This document shows, piece by piece, positions 45,269 through 62,200 of a stretch of 64,000 nt of DNA; positions within the stretch are counted from its first letter, which is position 1, and each line of letters begins with the position of its first letter. The DNA comes from Macrostomum lignano (lineage: Eukaryota), in the NCBI GenBank assembly GCA_002269645.1, contig NIVC01002587.1, forward strand, positions 61,723 through 125,722. Reading direction: 5' to 3'. The notes below the pieces were generated by a model. That model made no database searches, was not told where the DNA came from, and worked only from the letters and a program-made list of their open reading frames with translations. The position numbers and the translations under genes are program-made.

Positions 45269-46539
45269 GCAAGCAGCTGAAGAACCGCGCCCGCTCTTTC
45301 CTTTCCTCGAAGTGTCGACCGTGTCTAGTCTAAGTAAATTGTTTCGATTTTACACACTATAAATTTGAGTGTAAGAATTACTTGTTGCCACGGTATCCCG
45401 GCTGTTCAGATTGACTGACACTTGCAATAGAGAGCTAAATTGGTCTGCCGTTTAATGATAAAAAAGTCAGGGCCTCTTGCAAACTAAACTATCTGACTCA
45501 GAATAGAGAACCCGAGTGTGGGAAAGGTTTTGTTCTGGTAAGTTCTTAAGAACTGAAAGAGAAAATCATTTGGCTTATGAAGTGTCATCCTTCTGTCGAA
45601 AAGGGACGCCGTCCGAGCACTGATTTTCTGTGTTAATTCACTGTTTAAATTACTCAAAACCCGGAAAAAACGTTGCCCCTTCCTCCTCCCCGCTATCAGC
45701 TGGTCTGTCGGCCAAGCAGTCCTGTGGTCCTGTGCCGATGTGTCGCCTCCTTCCCCGCAGCCTATACTTTGCTTCGAGTTTATTGTCTAATTATACTTTT
45801 ATCTTTTTCTCTACAAGCATGAATTGTAATGATTGACTGTTATTCCTGCAGATAGTGATATTGATTTCTTATTGAATTTGACTTCTTTTGATATTGCTGA
45901 TTTTGGTATTACTCCCGCTTATTTATTTTACTATTAGTAGACAAGTATGGATAGTAGGTTCAGGTACTTGTCAGTTTAATTTACGACACTAACGTTTTTT
46001 TGTCTATTTACTCGTATTTACAACGACGATATTTATAATAATATAATTGGTCGCATTCCGCGATAATTTATCCTGTTTACAACATTAGTATTCGCAATGA
46101 CTCAGGAGAGCTTGATGATTTGCTTTTTATTCGCACGATTAAATATTGCCTAAGAACTTTAATAGGAGACAGGCCAAGTCAAAAGCTTACTAACACCGAA
46201 TATGGTCTTCCTAGCAAAAATATGAATTTATTATTTGCACTGCTGACCACCCAATCGTATTTTCCTATAATTCAGGCTGTTACACGCTAGCAACTACAGT
46301 AGCTACCTATTTTCACTTAGCTCTTGGCCTGTTAAATTGCTACAATACTTTTTAAATAAAATATATGGTGTTTTTTCAGCTCAGATCAGACTGCCGTAAA
46401 AACGTCAATTTTCGTTGAGATTCGGCTAATAGAAATCTTTTTGTTAAAGATCAGCTTTACAAATTAATTTCTCTGTTTTTGACAAAGTGCACAGGAGATC
46501 AAGCACCATGAAATATATGTGCATAATGTACGCGCGGCT

Positions 46540-49500
46540 ATCTTGCGTCTCTTGTGTCTCTTGTGCCTCTTGTGTCTCTTGTGCCTCTTGCGTCTCTTGT
46601 GTCTCTTGCGTCTCTTGCGTCTCTTGTGCCTCTTGCGTCTCTTGTGCCTCTTGCGTCTCTTGCGTCTCTTGCGTCTCTTGCGTCTCTTGTGTCTCGTGTC
46701 TTTTGTGCCTCTTGTGTCTCTTGCGTCGCTTGCGTCTCTTGCGTTGCTTGCGTCTCTTATGTCTCTTGTGTCTCTTGTGTCTCGTGTCTTTTGTGCCTCT
46801 TGTGTCTCTTGCGTCGCTTGCGTCTCTTGCGTTGCTTGCGTCTCTTGCGTTGCTTGCGTCTCTTATGTCTCTTGTGCCTCTTGTGTCTCGTGTCTTTTGT
46901 GCCTCTTGTGTCTCTTGTGTCGCTTGTGTCTCTTGCGTCTCTTGTGTTTCTTGTGTCTCTTGTGTCTCCTGTCTTTTGTGCCTCTTGTGCCTCTTGTATC
47001 TTTTGCGTCGCTTGCGTCTCTTGCATCTCTTGTGTCTCTTGTGTCTCTTGTGTCTCTTGCGTCTCTTTTGTCTCTTGTGTCTCTTGTGTCTCTTGTGTCT
47101 CTTGTGTCTCTTGCGTCTCTTGTGTCTCTTGTGTCTCTTGCGTCTCTTTTGTCTCTTGTGTCTCTTGTGTCTCTTGTGTCTCTTGTGTCTCTTGTGTCTC
47201 TTGTGTCTCTTGTGTCTCTTGTGTCTCTTGCGTCTCTTTTGTCTCTTGTGTCTCTTGTGTCTCTTGTGTCTCTTGTGTCTCTTGTGTCTCTTGTGTCTCT
47301 TGTGTCTCTTGTGTCTCTTGTGTCTCTTGCGTCTCTTGCGTCTCTTTTGTCTCTTGTGTCTCTTGTGTCTCTTGTGTCTCTTGCGTCTCTTGCGTCTCTT
47401 TTGTCTCTTGTGTCTCTTGTGTCTCTTGTGTCTCTTGTGTCTCTTGTGTCTCTTGTGTCTCTTGCGTCTCTTGTGTCTCTTGTGTCTCTTCTCTTGCGTC
47501 GCTTGTGTCTCTTGCGTCTCTTGTGTCTCTTGCGTCTCTTGTGTCTCTTGTGTCTCTTGTGTCTCTTGTGTCTTTTGTGCCTCTTGTGTCTCTTGTGTCT
47601 CTTGTGTCTCTTCTCTTGCGTCGCTTGTGTCTCTTGTGTCTCTTGTGTCTCTTGCGTCTCTTGTGTCTCTTGTGTCTCTTGTGTCTCTTGTGTCTAGTGT
47701 CTTTTGTGCCTCTTGTGTCTCTTGTGTCTCTTGTGTCTAGTGTCTTTTGTGCCTCTTGTGTCTCTTGTGTCTCTTGTGTCTCTTGTGTCTTTTGTGTCTC
47801 TTGCGTCGCTTGCATCTCGTGTCTTTTGTGCCTCTTGTGTCTCTTGTGTCTCTTGTGCCTCGTGTCTTTTTTGCCTCTTGTGTCTCGTGTCTTTTGTGCC
47901 TCGTGTGTCTCTTGCGTCCCTTGTGTCTCTTGCGTCTCTTCTGTTTCTTGTGTCTCTTGTGTCTCCTGTCTTTTGTGTCTCTTGTACCTCTTGTGTCTCT
48001 TGCGTCGCTTGTGTCTCTTGCATCTCTTGTGTCTCTTGCGTCGCTTGTGTCTCTTGCGTCGCTTGCGTATCTTGTGTCTCTTGTGTCTCTTGTGCCTCTT
48101 CTCTTGTGTCGCTTGTGTCTCTTGCGTCTCTTGTGTCTCTTGCGTCTCTTGTGTCTCTTGTGTCTCTTGTGTCTCTTGTGTCTCTTGTGTCTTTTGTGTC
48201 TCTTGCGTCGCTTGCATCTCGTGTCTTTTGTGCCTCTTGTGTCTCTTGTGTCTCTTGTGCCTCGTGTCTTTTTTGCCTCTTGTGTCTCGTGTCTTTTGTG
48301 CCTCGTGTGTCTCTTGCGTCCCTTGTGTCTCTTGCGTCTCTTCTGTTTCTTGTGTCTCTTGTGTCTCCTGTCTTTTGTGTCTCTTGTTCCTCTTGTGTCT
48401 CTTGCGTCGCTTGTGTCTCTTGCATCTCTTGTGTCTCTTGCGTCGCTTGTGTCTCTTGCGTCGCTTGCGTATCTTGTGTCTCTTGTGCCTCTTGTGCCTC
48501 TTCTCTTGTGTCGCTTGTGTCTCTTGCGTCTCTTGTGTCTCTTGCGTCTCTTGTGTCTCTTGTGTCTCTTGTGTCTCTTGTGTCTCTTGCGTCTCTTGCG
48601 TCTCTTGTGTCTCTTGTGTCTCTTGTGTCTCTTGTGTCTCTTGTGTCTCTTGTGTCTCTTGTGTCTCTTGTGTCTCTTGCGTCTCTTGCGTCTCTTTTGT
48701 CTCTTGTGTCTCTTGTGTCTCTTGTGTCTCTTGCGTCTCTTGCGTCTCTTTTGTCTCTTGTGTCTCTTGTGTCTCTTGTGTCTCTTGTGTCTCTTGTGTC
48801 TCTTGTGTCTCTTGCGTCTCTTGTGTCTCTTGTGTCTCTTCTCTTGCGTCGCTTGTGTCTCTTGCGTCTCTTGTGTCTCTTGCATCTCTTGTGTCTCTTG
48901 CGTCTCTTTTGTCTCTTGTGTCTCTTGCGTCTCTTTTGTCTCTTGTGTCTCTTGTGTCTCTTGTGTCTCTTGTGTCTCTTGCGTCTCTTGTGTCTCTTGT
49001 GTCTCTTGCGTCTCTTTTGTCTCTTGTGTCTCTTGTGTCTCTTGTGTCTCTTGTGTCTCTTGTGTCTCTTGTGTCTCTTGTGTCTCTTGTGTCTCTTGCG
49101 TCTCTTTTGTCTCTTGTGTCTCTTGTGTCTCTTGTGTCTCTTGTGTCTCTTGTGTCTCTTGTGTCTCTTGTGTCTCTTGTGTCTCTTGTGTCTCTTGCGT
49201 CTCTTGCGTCTCTTTTGTCTCTTGTGTCTCTTGTGTCTCTTGTGTCTCTTGCGTCTCTTGTGTCTCTTGTGTCTCTTCTCTTGCGTCGCTTGTGTCTCTT
49301 GCGTCTCTTGTGTCTCTTGCGTCTCTTGTGTCTCTTGTGTCTCTTGTGTCTCTTGTGTCTTTTGTGCCTCTTGTGTCTCTTGTGTCTCTTGTGTCTCTTC
49401 TCTTGCGTCGCTTGTCTCTTGTGTCTCTTGTGTCTCTTGCGTCTCTTGTGTCTCTTGTGTCTCTTGTGTCTCTTGTGTCTAGTGTCTTTTGTGCCTCTTG

Positions 49501-51776
49501 TGTCTCTTGTGTCTCTTGTGTCTCTTGTGTCTTTTGTGTCTCTTGCGTCGCTTGCATCTCGTGTCTTTTGTGCCTCTTGTGTCTCTTGTGTCTCTTGTGC
49601 CTCGTGTCTTTTTTGCCTCTTGTGTCTCGTGTCTTTTGTGCCTCGTGTGTCTCTTGCGTCCCTTGTGTCTCTTGCGTCTCTTCTGTTTCTTGTGTCTCTT
49701 GTGTCTCCTGTCTTTTGTGTCTCTTGTACCTCTTGTGTCTCTTGCGTCGCTTGTGTCTCTTGCATCTCTTGTGTCTCTTGCGTCGCTTGTGTCTCTTGCG
49801 TCGCTTGCGTATCTTGTGTCTCTTGTGTCTCTTGTGCCTCTTCTCTTGTGTCGCTTGTGTCTCTTGCGTCTCTTGTGTCTCTTGCGTCTCTTGTGTCTCT
49901 TGTGTCTCTTGTGTCTCTTGTGTCTCTTGTGTCTTTTGTGTCTCTTGCGTCGCTTGCATCTCGTGTCTTCTGTGCCTCTTGTGTCTCTTGTGTCTCTTGT
50001 GCCTCGTGTCTTTTTTGCCTCTTGTGTCTCGTGTCTTTTGTGCCTCGTGTGTCTCTTGCGTCCCTTGTGTCTCTTGCGTCTCTTCTGTTTCTTGTGTCTC
50101 TTGTGTCTCCTGTCTTTTGTGTCTCTTGTTCCTCTTGTGTCTCTTGCGTCGCTTGTGTCTCTTGCATCTCTTGTGTCTCTTGCGTCGCTTGTGTCTCTTG
50201 CGTCGCTTGCGTATCTTGTGTCTCTTGTGTCTCTTGTGCCTCTTCTCTTGTGTCGCTTGTGTCTCTTGCGTCTCTTGTGTCTCTTGCGTCTCTTGTGTCT
50301 CTTGTGTCTCTTGTGTCTCTTGTGTCTCTTGCGTCTCTTGCGTCTCTTGTGTCTCTTGTGTCTCTTGTGTCTCTTGTGTCTCTTGTGTCTCTTGTGTCTC
50401 TTGTGTCTCTTGTGTCTCTTGCGTCTCTTGCGTCTCTTTTGTCTCTTGTGTCTCTTGTGTCTCTTGTGTCTCTTGCGTCTCTTGCGTCTCTTTTGTCTCT
50501 TGTGTCTCTTGTGTCTCTTGTGTCTCTTGTGTCTCTTGTGTCTCTTGTGTCTCTTGCGTCTCTTGTGTCTCTTGTGTCTCTTCTCTTGCGTCGCTTGTGT
50601 CTCTTGCGTCTCTTGTGTCTCTTGCGTCTCTTGTGTCTCTTGTGTCTAGTGTCTTTTGTGCCTCTTGTGTCTCTTGTGTCTCTTGTGTCTCTTCTCTTGC
50701 GTCGCTTGTGTCTCTTGTGTCTCTTGTGTCTCTTGCGTCTCTTGTGTCTCTTGTGTCTCTTGTGTCTCTTGTGTCTAGTGTCTTTTGTGCCTCTTGTGTC
50801 TCTTGTGTCTCTTGTGTCTCTTGTGTCTTTTGTGTCTCTTGCGTCGCTTGCATCTCGTGTCTTTTGTGCCTCTTGTGTCTCTTGTGTCTCTTGTGCCTCG
50901 TGTCTTTTTTGCCTCTTGTGTCTCGTGTCTTTTGTGCCTCGTGTGTCTCTTGCGTCCCTTGTGTCTCTTGCGTCTCTTCTGTTTCTTGTGTCTCTTGTGT
51001 CTCCTGTCTTTTGTGTCTCTTGTACCTCTTGTGTCTCTTGCGTCGCTTGTGTCTCTTGCATCTCTTGTGTCTCTTGCGTCGCTTGTGTCTCTTGCGTCGC
51101 TTGCGTATCTTGTGTCTCTTGTGTCTCTTGTGCCTCTTCTCTTGTGTCGCTTGTGTCTCTTGCGTCTCTTGTGTCTCTTGCGTCTCTTGTGTCTCTTGTG
51201 TCTCTTGTGTCTCTTGTGTCTCTTGTGTCTTTTGTGTCTCTTGCGTCGCTTGCATCTCGTGTCTTTTGTGCCTCTTGTGTCTCTTGTGTCTCTTGTGCCT
51301 CGTGTCTTTTTTGCCTCTTGTGTCTCGTGTCTTTTGTGCCTCGTGTGTCTCTTGCGTCCCTTGTGTCTCTTGCGTCTCTTCTGTTTCTTGTGTCTCTTGT
51401 GTCTCCTGTCTTTTGTGTCTCTTGTTCCTCTTGTTTCTCTTGCGTCGCTTGTGTCTCTTGCATCTCTTGTGTCTCTTGCGTCGCTTGTGTCTCTTGCGTC
51501 GCTTGCGTATCTTGTGTCTCTTGTGTCTCTTGTGCCTCTTCTCTTGTGTCGCTTGTGTCTCTTGCGTCTCTTGTGTCTCTTGCGTCTCTTGTGTCTCTTG
51601 TGTCTCTTGTGTCTCTTGTGTCTCTTGCGTCTCTTGCGTCTCTTGTGTCTCTTGTGTCTCTTGTGTCTCTTGTGTCTCTTGTGTCTCTTGTGTCTCTTGT
51701 GTCTCTTGTGTCTCTTGTGTCTCTTGTGTCTCTTGTGTCTCTTGTGTCTCTTGTGTCTTCTGCGTCTCTTGTGCCT
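46540..51776. repeat. 5.2-kb satellite of a 9-bp unit (TGTGTCTCT / TGCGTCTCT) with higher-order blocks
   Basis: Direct reading. The marker TGCATCTCGT occurs at 47811, 48213, 49553, 49955, 50849 and 51251. Confidence 0.97.
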
Positions 51777-52375
51777 CTAAACTTTGAAGTACCAAGTGAA
51801 TACTTGAACAAAAATAATTGGCACTAAACCTTTCGCGAGTAACATCCGACTCGATACATAGAAAGATTTAGCATGGGATTGGGCACCCAGCTTAATTATT
51901 AATTAAGGCTTAAACTCGCGCATTACCATTAAAATTGGATCAGAAAACGGCGAGAGACGATAAGACGGAAGACGGACCTGACAGGAGCCTTCAGCCAATC
52001 TGACAGTTGAGTTCCGTCAACGTTTGTCGCGTTGCGACACCCTGCACTTCTCTTTCTACCGAAGTCTACTGCCGACTGCAACAGCGCTTATATAATGAAC
52101 CAATTAAATACCCTTACTGTGCACTTTTAGCTTTGCAAGCTGACTCTCTTAAGTTAAGCAAAGAACGTATGTGGGTCATTTGGTGAACTTAAAATTCCAT
52201 ACAACTCCGATTGAGAGTTTCTCTCGTATTTCATCCCAAGAAATTCAAGCCATCAACTCTACCTGTTATAACGCAGTTCACGTTTGCGTTGCTATGGAAA
52301 TATCCTGCAACTCAGCTGAATAGCGAGTGAAGCTGCTGTACCTTTTATAACGATATAATTTTGTCTTTCGAAATA

Positions 52376-52381
52376 TTTATT
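52376..52381 (-). terminator. Candidate polyadenylation signal (AATAAA) of the peptide gene
   Basis: TTTATT on the plus strand, ~104 nt past the stop codon at 52485-52487. Confidence 0.5.
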
Positions 52382-52484
52382 AAACACAGTTTGCTGGTCG
52401 CTTTTCAAGCCAGGGACTTGGAGGTCGCAGAGGACAATTTCTTGATATTGTAAGCAGTCAGCGTTACTCCCTGGTCAGTAGCAG

Positions 52485-56087
<3,603 letters not shown>

Positions 56088-56221
56088 GATTTGTGTTCGA
56101 TAATTAACTGTTGCTCTTAGGAGATCAGGCACCTGGTTGATAATGGAGTGTTGTTCTACGATGGTGACTGGCTTCAAGTTGGGATGGCGGAGAGCGGTTT
56201 GGGACTCTGCGATGATGAGCC

Positions 56222-56227
56222 TTTATA
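56222..56227 (-). promoter_or_regulatory. Candidate TATA box of the peptide gene
   Basis: Minus strand CATATAAAG, ~135 nt upstream of the proposed ATG, with no intervening ATG. Confidence 0.35.
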
Positions 56228-56383
56228 TGACTTCTATAGCTATGGTGGGCGATTCCTATTGGCTGGGCTGCAGGCTGGGAATGGGGAGCGGGATTGACAG
56301 ACCGTAAGGATTCGAGCACGGTTTTATTCACTTCATCAGTAGTGCTGTGAATAACTTGAGAGTTTACTGGGGGTGGGGACCCA

Positions 56384-59058
56384 TACTGTGTCATATTGTG
56401 TCATATTGTGTCATATTGTGTCATAGTGTGTCATACTGTGTCATACTGTGTCATATAGTGTCATACTGTGTCATAGTGTGTCATACTGTGTCATACTGTG
56501 TCATATAGTGTCATACTGTGTCATACTGTGTCATACTGTGTCATACTGTGACATACTGTGACATACTGTGTCATACTGTGTCATATTGTGTCATATTGTG
56601 TCATATTGTGTCATATAGTGTCATACTGTGTCATATTGTGTCATACTGTGTCATACTGTGTCATATAGTGTCATATAGTGTCATACTGTGTCATACTGTG
56701 TCATACTGTGTCATATTGTGTCATATTGTGTCATACTGTGTCATACTGTGTCATATTGTGTCATATTGTGTCATACTGTGTCATACTGTGTCATACTGTG
56801 TCATATAGTGTCATACTGTGTCATACTGTGTCATACTGTGTCATACTGTGACATACTGTGACATACTGTGTCATACTGTGTCATATTGTGTCATACTGTG
56901 TCATAGTGTGTCATACTGTGTCATACTGTGTCATATAGTGTCATACTGTGTCATACTGTGTCATACTGTGTCATACTGTGACATACTGTGACATACTGTG
57001 TCATACTGTGTCATATTGTGTCATATTGTGTCATATTGTGTCATATAGTGTCATACTGTGTCATATTGTGTCATACTGTGTCATACTGTGTCATATAGTG
57101 TCATATTGTGTCATACTGTGTCATACTGTGTCATACTGTGTCATATTGTGTCATATAGTGTCATACTGTGTCATATAGTGTCATATAGTGTCATACTGTG
57201 TCATACTGTGTCATACTGTGTCATACTGTGTCATATTGTGTCATATAGTGTCATATAGTGTCATACTGTGTCATACTGTGTCATATAGTGTCATATAGTG
57301 TCATACTGTGTCATACTGTGTCATACTGTGTCATACTGTGTCATATAGTGTCATATAGTGTCATATAGTGTCATACTGTGTCATACTGTGTCATACTGTG
57401 TCATATAGTGTCATACTGTGTCATACTGTGTCATACTGTGTCATACTGTGTCATATTGTGTCATATAGTGTCATATAGTGTCATACTGTGTCATATAGTG
57501 TCATATAGTGTCATATAGTGTCATACTGTGTCATACTGTGTCATATAGTGTCATACTGTGTCATACTGTGTCATACTGTGTCATACTGTGTCATATTGTG
57601 TCATATAGTGTCATACTGTGTCATATAGTGTCATATAGTGTCATACTGTGTCATACTGTGTCATACTGTGTCATATAGTGTCATATAGTGTCATACTGTG
57701 TCATACTGTGTCATACTGTGTCATACTGTGTCATATTGTGTCATATAGTGTCATATTGTGTCATACTGTGTCATACTGTGTCATACTGTGTCATATAGTG
57801 TCATACTGTGTCATACTGTGTCATACTGTGTCATACTGTGTCATATTGTGTCATATAGTGTCATATAGTGTCATACTGTGTCATATAGTGTCATATAGTG
57901 TCATAATGTGTCATACTGTGTCATACTGTGTCATATAGTGTCATACTGTGTCATACTGTGTCATACTGTGTCATACTGTGTCATATTGTGTCATATAGTG
58001 TCATATAGTGTCATACTGTGTCATACTGTGTCATACTGTGTCATATAGTGTCATACTGTGTCATACTGTGTCATACTGTGTCATACTGTGTCATATTGTG
58101 TCATATAGTGTCATATAGTGTCATACTGTGTCATACTGTGTCATACTGTGTCATATAGTGTCATACTGTGTCATACTGTGTCATACTGTGTCATACTGTG
58201 TCATATTGTGTCATATAGTGTCATATAGTGTCATACTGTGTCATACTGTGTCATACTGTGTCATATAGTGTCATACTGTGTCATACTGTGTCATACTGTG
58301 TCATACTGTGACATACTGTGTCATACTGTGTCATACTGTGTCATATAGTGTCATACTGTGTCATACTGTGTCATAGTGTGTCATACTGTGTCATAGTGTG
58401 CCATACTGTGTCATACTGTGTCATAGTGTGTCATACTGTGTCATACTGTGTCATACTGTGTCATATAGTGTCATAGTGTGTCATACTGTGTCATACTGTG
58501 TCATACTGTGTCATATAGTGTCATACTGTGTCATACTGTGTCATAGTGTGTCATACTGTGTCATAGTGTGCCATACTGTGTCATACTGTGTCATAGTGTG
58601 TCATACTGTGTCATACTGTGTCATACTGTGTCATATAGTGTCATACTGTGTCATACTGTGTCATACTGTGTCATACTGTGTCATACTGTGTCATACTGTG
58701 TCATAGTGTGTCATACTGTGTCATACTGTGTCATACTGTGTTATACTGTGTTATACTATGTCATACTGTGTCATACTGTGTCATACTGTGTCATACTGTG
58801 TTATACTATGTCATACTGTGTCATACTGTGTCATATTGTGTCATACTGTGTCATATTGTGTCATACTGTGTCATACTGTGTCATACTGTGTTATACTATG
58901 TCATACTGTGTCATACTGTGTCATACTGTGTCATACTGTGTCATACTGTGTTATACTATGTCATACTGTGTCATACTGTGTCATACTGTGTCATATTGTG
59001 TCATACTGTGTCATACTGTGTCATGCTGTGTCATAATGTGTCATACTATGTTATACAT
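56384..59058. repeat. 10-bp satellite (TCATACTGTG with ATTG/ATAG/AGTG variants), 2.7 kb
   Basis: Direct reading. The 10-bp register is kept almost throughout. Confidence 0.97.
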
Positions 59059-59612
59059 TGTTTCTTATTTTTCCTTATTTTACATCAAGCAGGCATTCTA
59101 AATTTATATTCCAAAAGATAAATTCAAACAGACGTCAATCAGACCCAAGCGGCGGTCTGGGGTAGTTCTGGGCGCAGAGTTCCCATGGATCACGCAAGCT
59201 TGCCGAATGTTGGACTGCTACTACGCTCGTACTTTAGTAAACTTTGATGCGTTGCTACGTTCAACCAGAGCGTATTCAGTCCTTCAGCAGAATTGGTCGC
59301 TTTTGGTACTTCCATCGAGATACTCACTGCCTTATACCATAAAAGCATACGCGTTAGCTTCAGACTTGGCGCTTCACTATTTTATAACTACCGTGGTGAG
59401 ACTAGTCGATGAGAATCTGAGCACAAGACGCGGCTTAGAAGGCCAGTTTAGACTAATTAGCATTTATATTAGAAACAGCTTAGGATTCATCCTATGTATG
59501 GATCAGTCAATAAAATTTTTATGGATCTGTAGCGGACTTCTGCGCAATCTAGAGTAGAAAAATAGATTAGGGGGAATTTACTTCTGCGTCTGGTGTCTGA
59601 GTGATTTTTTGA

Positions 59613-60185
59613 ACCAAGATGCACAGCCAAGATGTTCAAAGAAGTTGCACAACCAAGATGTACAGTCAAGATGCACAACCAAGGTGCGCAACCAAGATGC
59701 ACAACCAAAATGCACAACTAAGATGCACAACCAAAATGCACAGCTAAGATGCACAACCAAGATGTTCAAAGATGATGCACAACCAAGATGTACAGCCAAG
59801 ATGCACAACCAAGGTGCGCAACCAAAATGCACAACCAAGATGCACAACCAAAATGCACAGCCAAGATGCACAACCAAGATGTTCAAAGATGATGCACAAC
59901 CAAGATATACAGCCAAGATGCACAACCAAGGTGCGCAACCAAAATGCACAACCAAGATGCACAACCAAAATGCACAGCCAAGATGCACAACCAAGATGTT
60001 CAAAGTAGATGCACAACCAAGATGCACAACCAAGATGCACAACCAAGATGCACAACCAAGATGCTCAAAGAAGATGTAGAACCAAGATGCCCAAAGAAGA
60101 TGTACAACCAAGACCCACAAAGAAGATGTAAAACCAAGATGCTCGAAGAAGATGCACAACCAAGATGCACAACCAAGATGCACAG
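59613..60185. repeat. 13-bp minisatellite (CAAGATGCACAAC) with a 117-bp (9-mer) higher-order unit
   Basis: GATGTTCAAA recurs at 59761, 59878 and 59995. Confidence 0.93.
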
Positions 60186-60839
60186 ATATGATTCACCATC
60201 TAGGTAAAAAATTTCACGAAGATGCTCAGCTCAAAAAAGGATGCACAATCAAGAAAAATAATGAAGATGTTAGATGGCGAATCAACCAAGAGGCACCGCC
60301 CAGATACACAGTGAGGATAAGCACACTCTGAATAAGGAAGACTTAACCGCTCTGGCGTTTAGGTATCTGGGCATAAGGAAGCCCTTAGTAGTTTACCATC
60401 CTAATAAAAATCAAAGGCACTTAAAATTGAGTGAAATCGATTGCAACTGATCAATCTCAATTAGCAAGACTCCGCTTAAATCTAAGATGGCTCTTTTCGT
60501 GGAGCGACCTGCGATGCGAGTGAGAAAATTGATTAAACTAATTGGCTCAATCCAATTAAAGGCAAGCGAAAATCGATTGGAAGTACTTTTCAATTTTAGT
60601 TCCTTTAGTGTCGCGAATGCAGCAGTTTGCTATGCCAATTTTCGAGCTTGATATCCAAATTGCACGGTTATCATTGATGCTCGAAATCCGTAGGTGTACA
60701 GTAGGCAAGAAGTTAGTTTCCACGCCAAAACCAGCGGTCAACCTTTCTCAGATACTCGTATCAGCCGCGAGTGCCGCAATTAGTACTACGCCTGCGTTTC
60801 TCGTTTCAACTGTAGATGATGCATTTTGCGTCACTTTTG

Positions 60840-61680
60840 GTGAGAAGCAATTTGGTGCTTGACTGGGTGCTGCGGACGGCTATTCCTACCAACGACGACG
60901 GCTTTCTGTTGCGGCGACGCGTGAGTCGACGTCAACCAGAGAGGCGGCTCAGCGTGCTTGGCTACGCTGAAGATCTCGCCCTGCTGTCCTCGACCGTCGA
61001 GGGCGCTCAGCGCCAGCTGGTGAGCGTTGCGGCGAGCGTTGGCCTGGTGGTCAACCGCAAAAGACCTTAGTGCTCTGCGTGCCGGACGACATCGAGGCTG
61101 CTATTTTCTGCCGAGGCGCTGACTGTAAGGCTACGAGGCTTCCGCGCTGTCAGCAGTTTGTCTACCTTGGCGGTCTGGTACCTGACGTTCGCGAGGACTT
61201 GCGACGTCACCGTGGACTTGTCTGTGCTTCCTTCCGTTCCGTGACGGCTGTCCTGCAGTCCGAGGCCCTGCCTGACCGCCAGAGGGCGGCGTTGTTCGGG
61301 GCGGTGATCGAGACCGTCCTGCTGTACTACGCCGAGACCTGGACGCTAACAGATTCGCTCGAACAGCAGGTCGATGCGCCCTGCTGCGCGCCGACTTCAG
61401 GATTGCGGCTACGAGCACGCCATCAATGCGGCGCTCTATCGCCGCACCGTCCTGTCCTGTCCCAGCGAACTGTTGCGCCATCGGCGACTCCAGCTGGCAG
61501 GCCAAATCATCCGAGCCGAGTCGTACTGCCCACAGCCGGTGCAGGAGATGCTATTGCTCACGCAAGCAGGCGTGCACTCGGCGTTTCGTCGACTGCCTGC
61601 TGGCTGATGCCGGCGCCATGGACACTGCCGGCGGTGCGGACTACGTTCGCGCCCAGGCCCTGAAACGCACCCTGTGACGT
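60840..61680 (+). mobile_element. 5'-truncated, frameshifted non-LTR retrotransposon (RTE-like) reverse-transcriptase fragment
   Basis: LVLDWVLRTA...LGYAEDLALL (degenerate YADD), SVGLVVN, FVYLGG, AVIETVLLYYAETWTLT, RRLQLAGQIIR, spread over three frames. Confidence 0.8.
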
Positions 61681-61999
61681 TGTCTCAGGCCTGACTGGCT
61701 GACAGTGTATTTTGTTGTTGTTGAAATAAGGATTTGATTGGAAGAGAGAGACTTCGTGGGTGAACTGATTAGTCATGCACTTGGGCAGAGACTACGCTCG
61801 TATGATGTACATTTGATTCAGTATTAAGCGTACAGAGGGACTTGACTCAGCTGCAGGGGGTTCCGGGCATCCGGATACAGCGGGAAGGCTTCGCCGCCCA
61901 TTCCGCTAACTCCTGGCGACCACGGGTGACGGTGCTGCGCTGCGCGCAGGTGGTGGTGCTGCGGTGTCGCGCAGGGAGATCCGGTGGTGCCGGTGTCCG

Positions 62000-62200
62000 C
62001 AAATGGTCGCTCGCCCGGTAGCCCTTAGGTAGCGGACGAGCTGGTAGAGAATCTCGGGCCTGAAACCGTCGGAGAGGTCCAGGTTTGAGCCGAGGTAGAT
62101 GAGCCTTTCCCGAGTAAAGGCGGGGCAGTCACAGATGAAGTGCTCCGCATTCTCAACACCGGAGAGGCAGAATGGGCATTCCTGACAGCGAATTTTCCCT
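62000..62200 (-). mobile_element. 3' fragment of a non-LTR retrotransposon ORF2 (CCHC zinc knuckle)
   Basis: CPFCLSGVENAEHFICDCPAFTRER...LVRYLRATGR fits the C-x2-C...EH...CP C-terminal motif of I/R1/Jockey-group LINEs. Confidence 0.65.

Noticed and set aside
46487-51827. Giant ORFs (up to 1757 aa; RDT/QET/RHK or CVS/LVS/LLC repeats), superficially like Lys/Arg-rich adhesive proteins
   Set aside because: The 9-bp unit lacks stop codons in all frames. The reading drifts among the three repeat registers via non-triplet indels, and there is no signal peptide or splice context. Would be reconsidered only with strand-specific RNA coverage.
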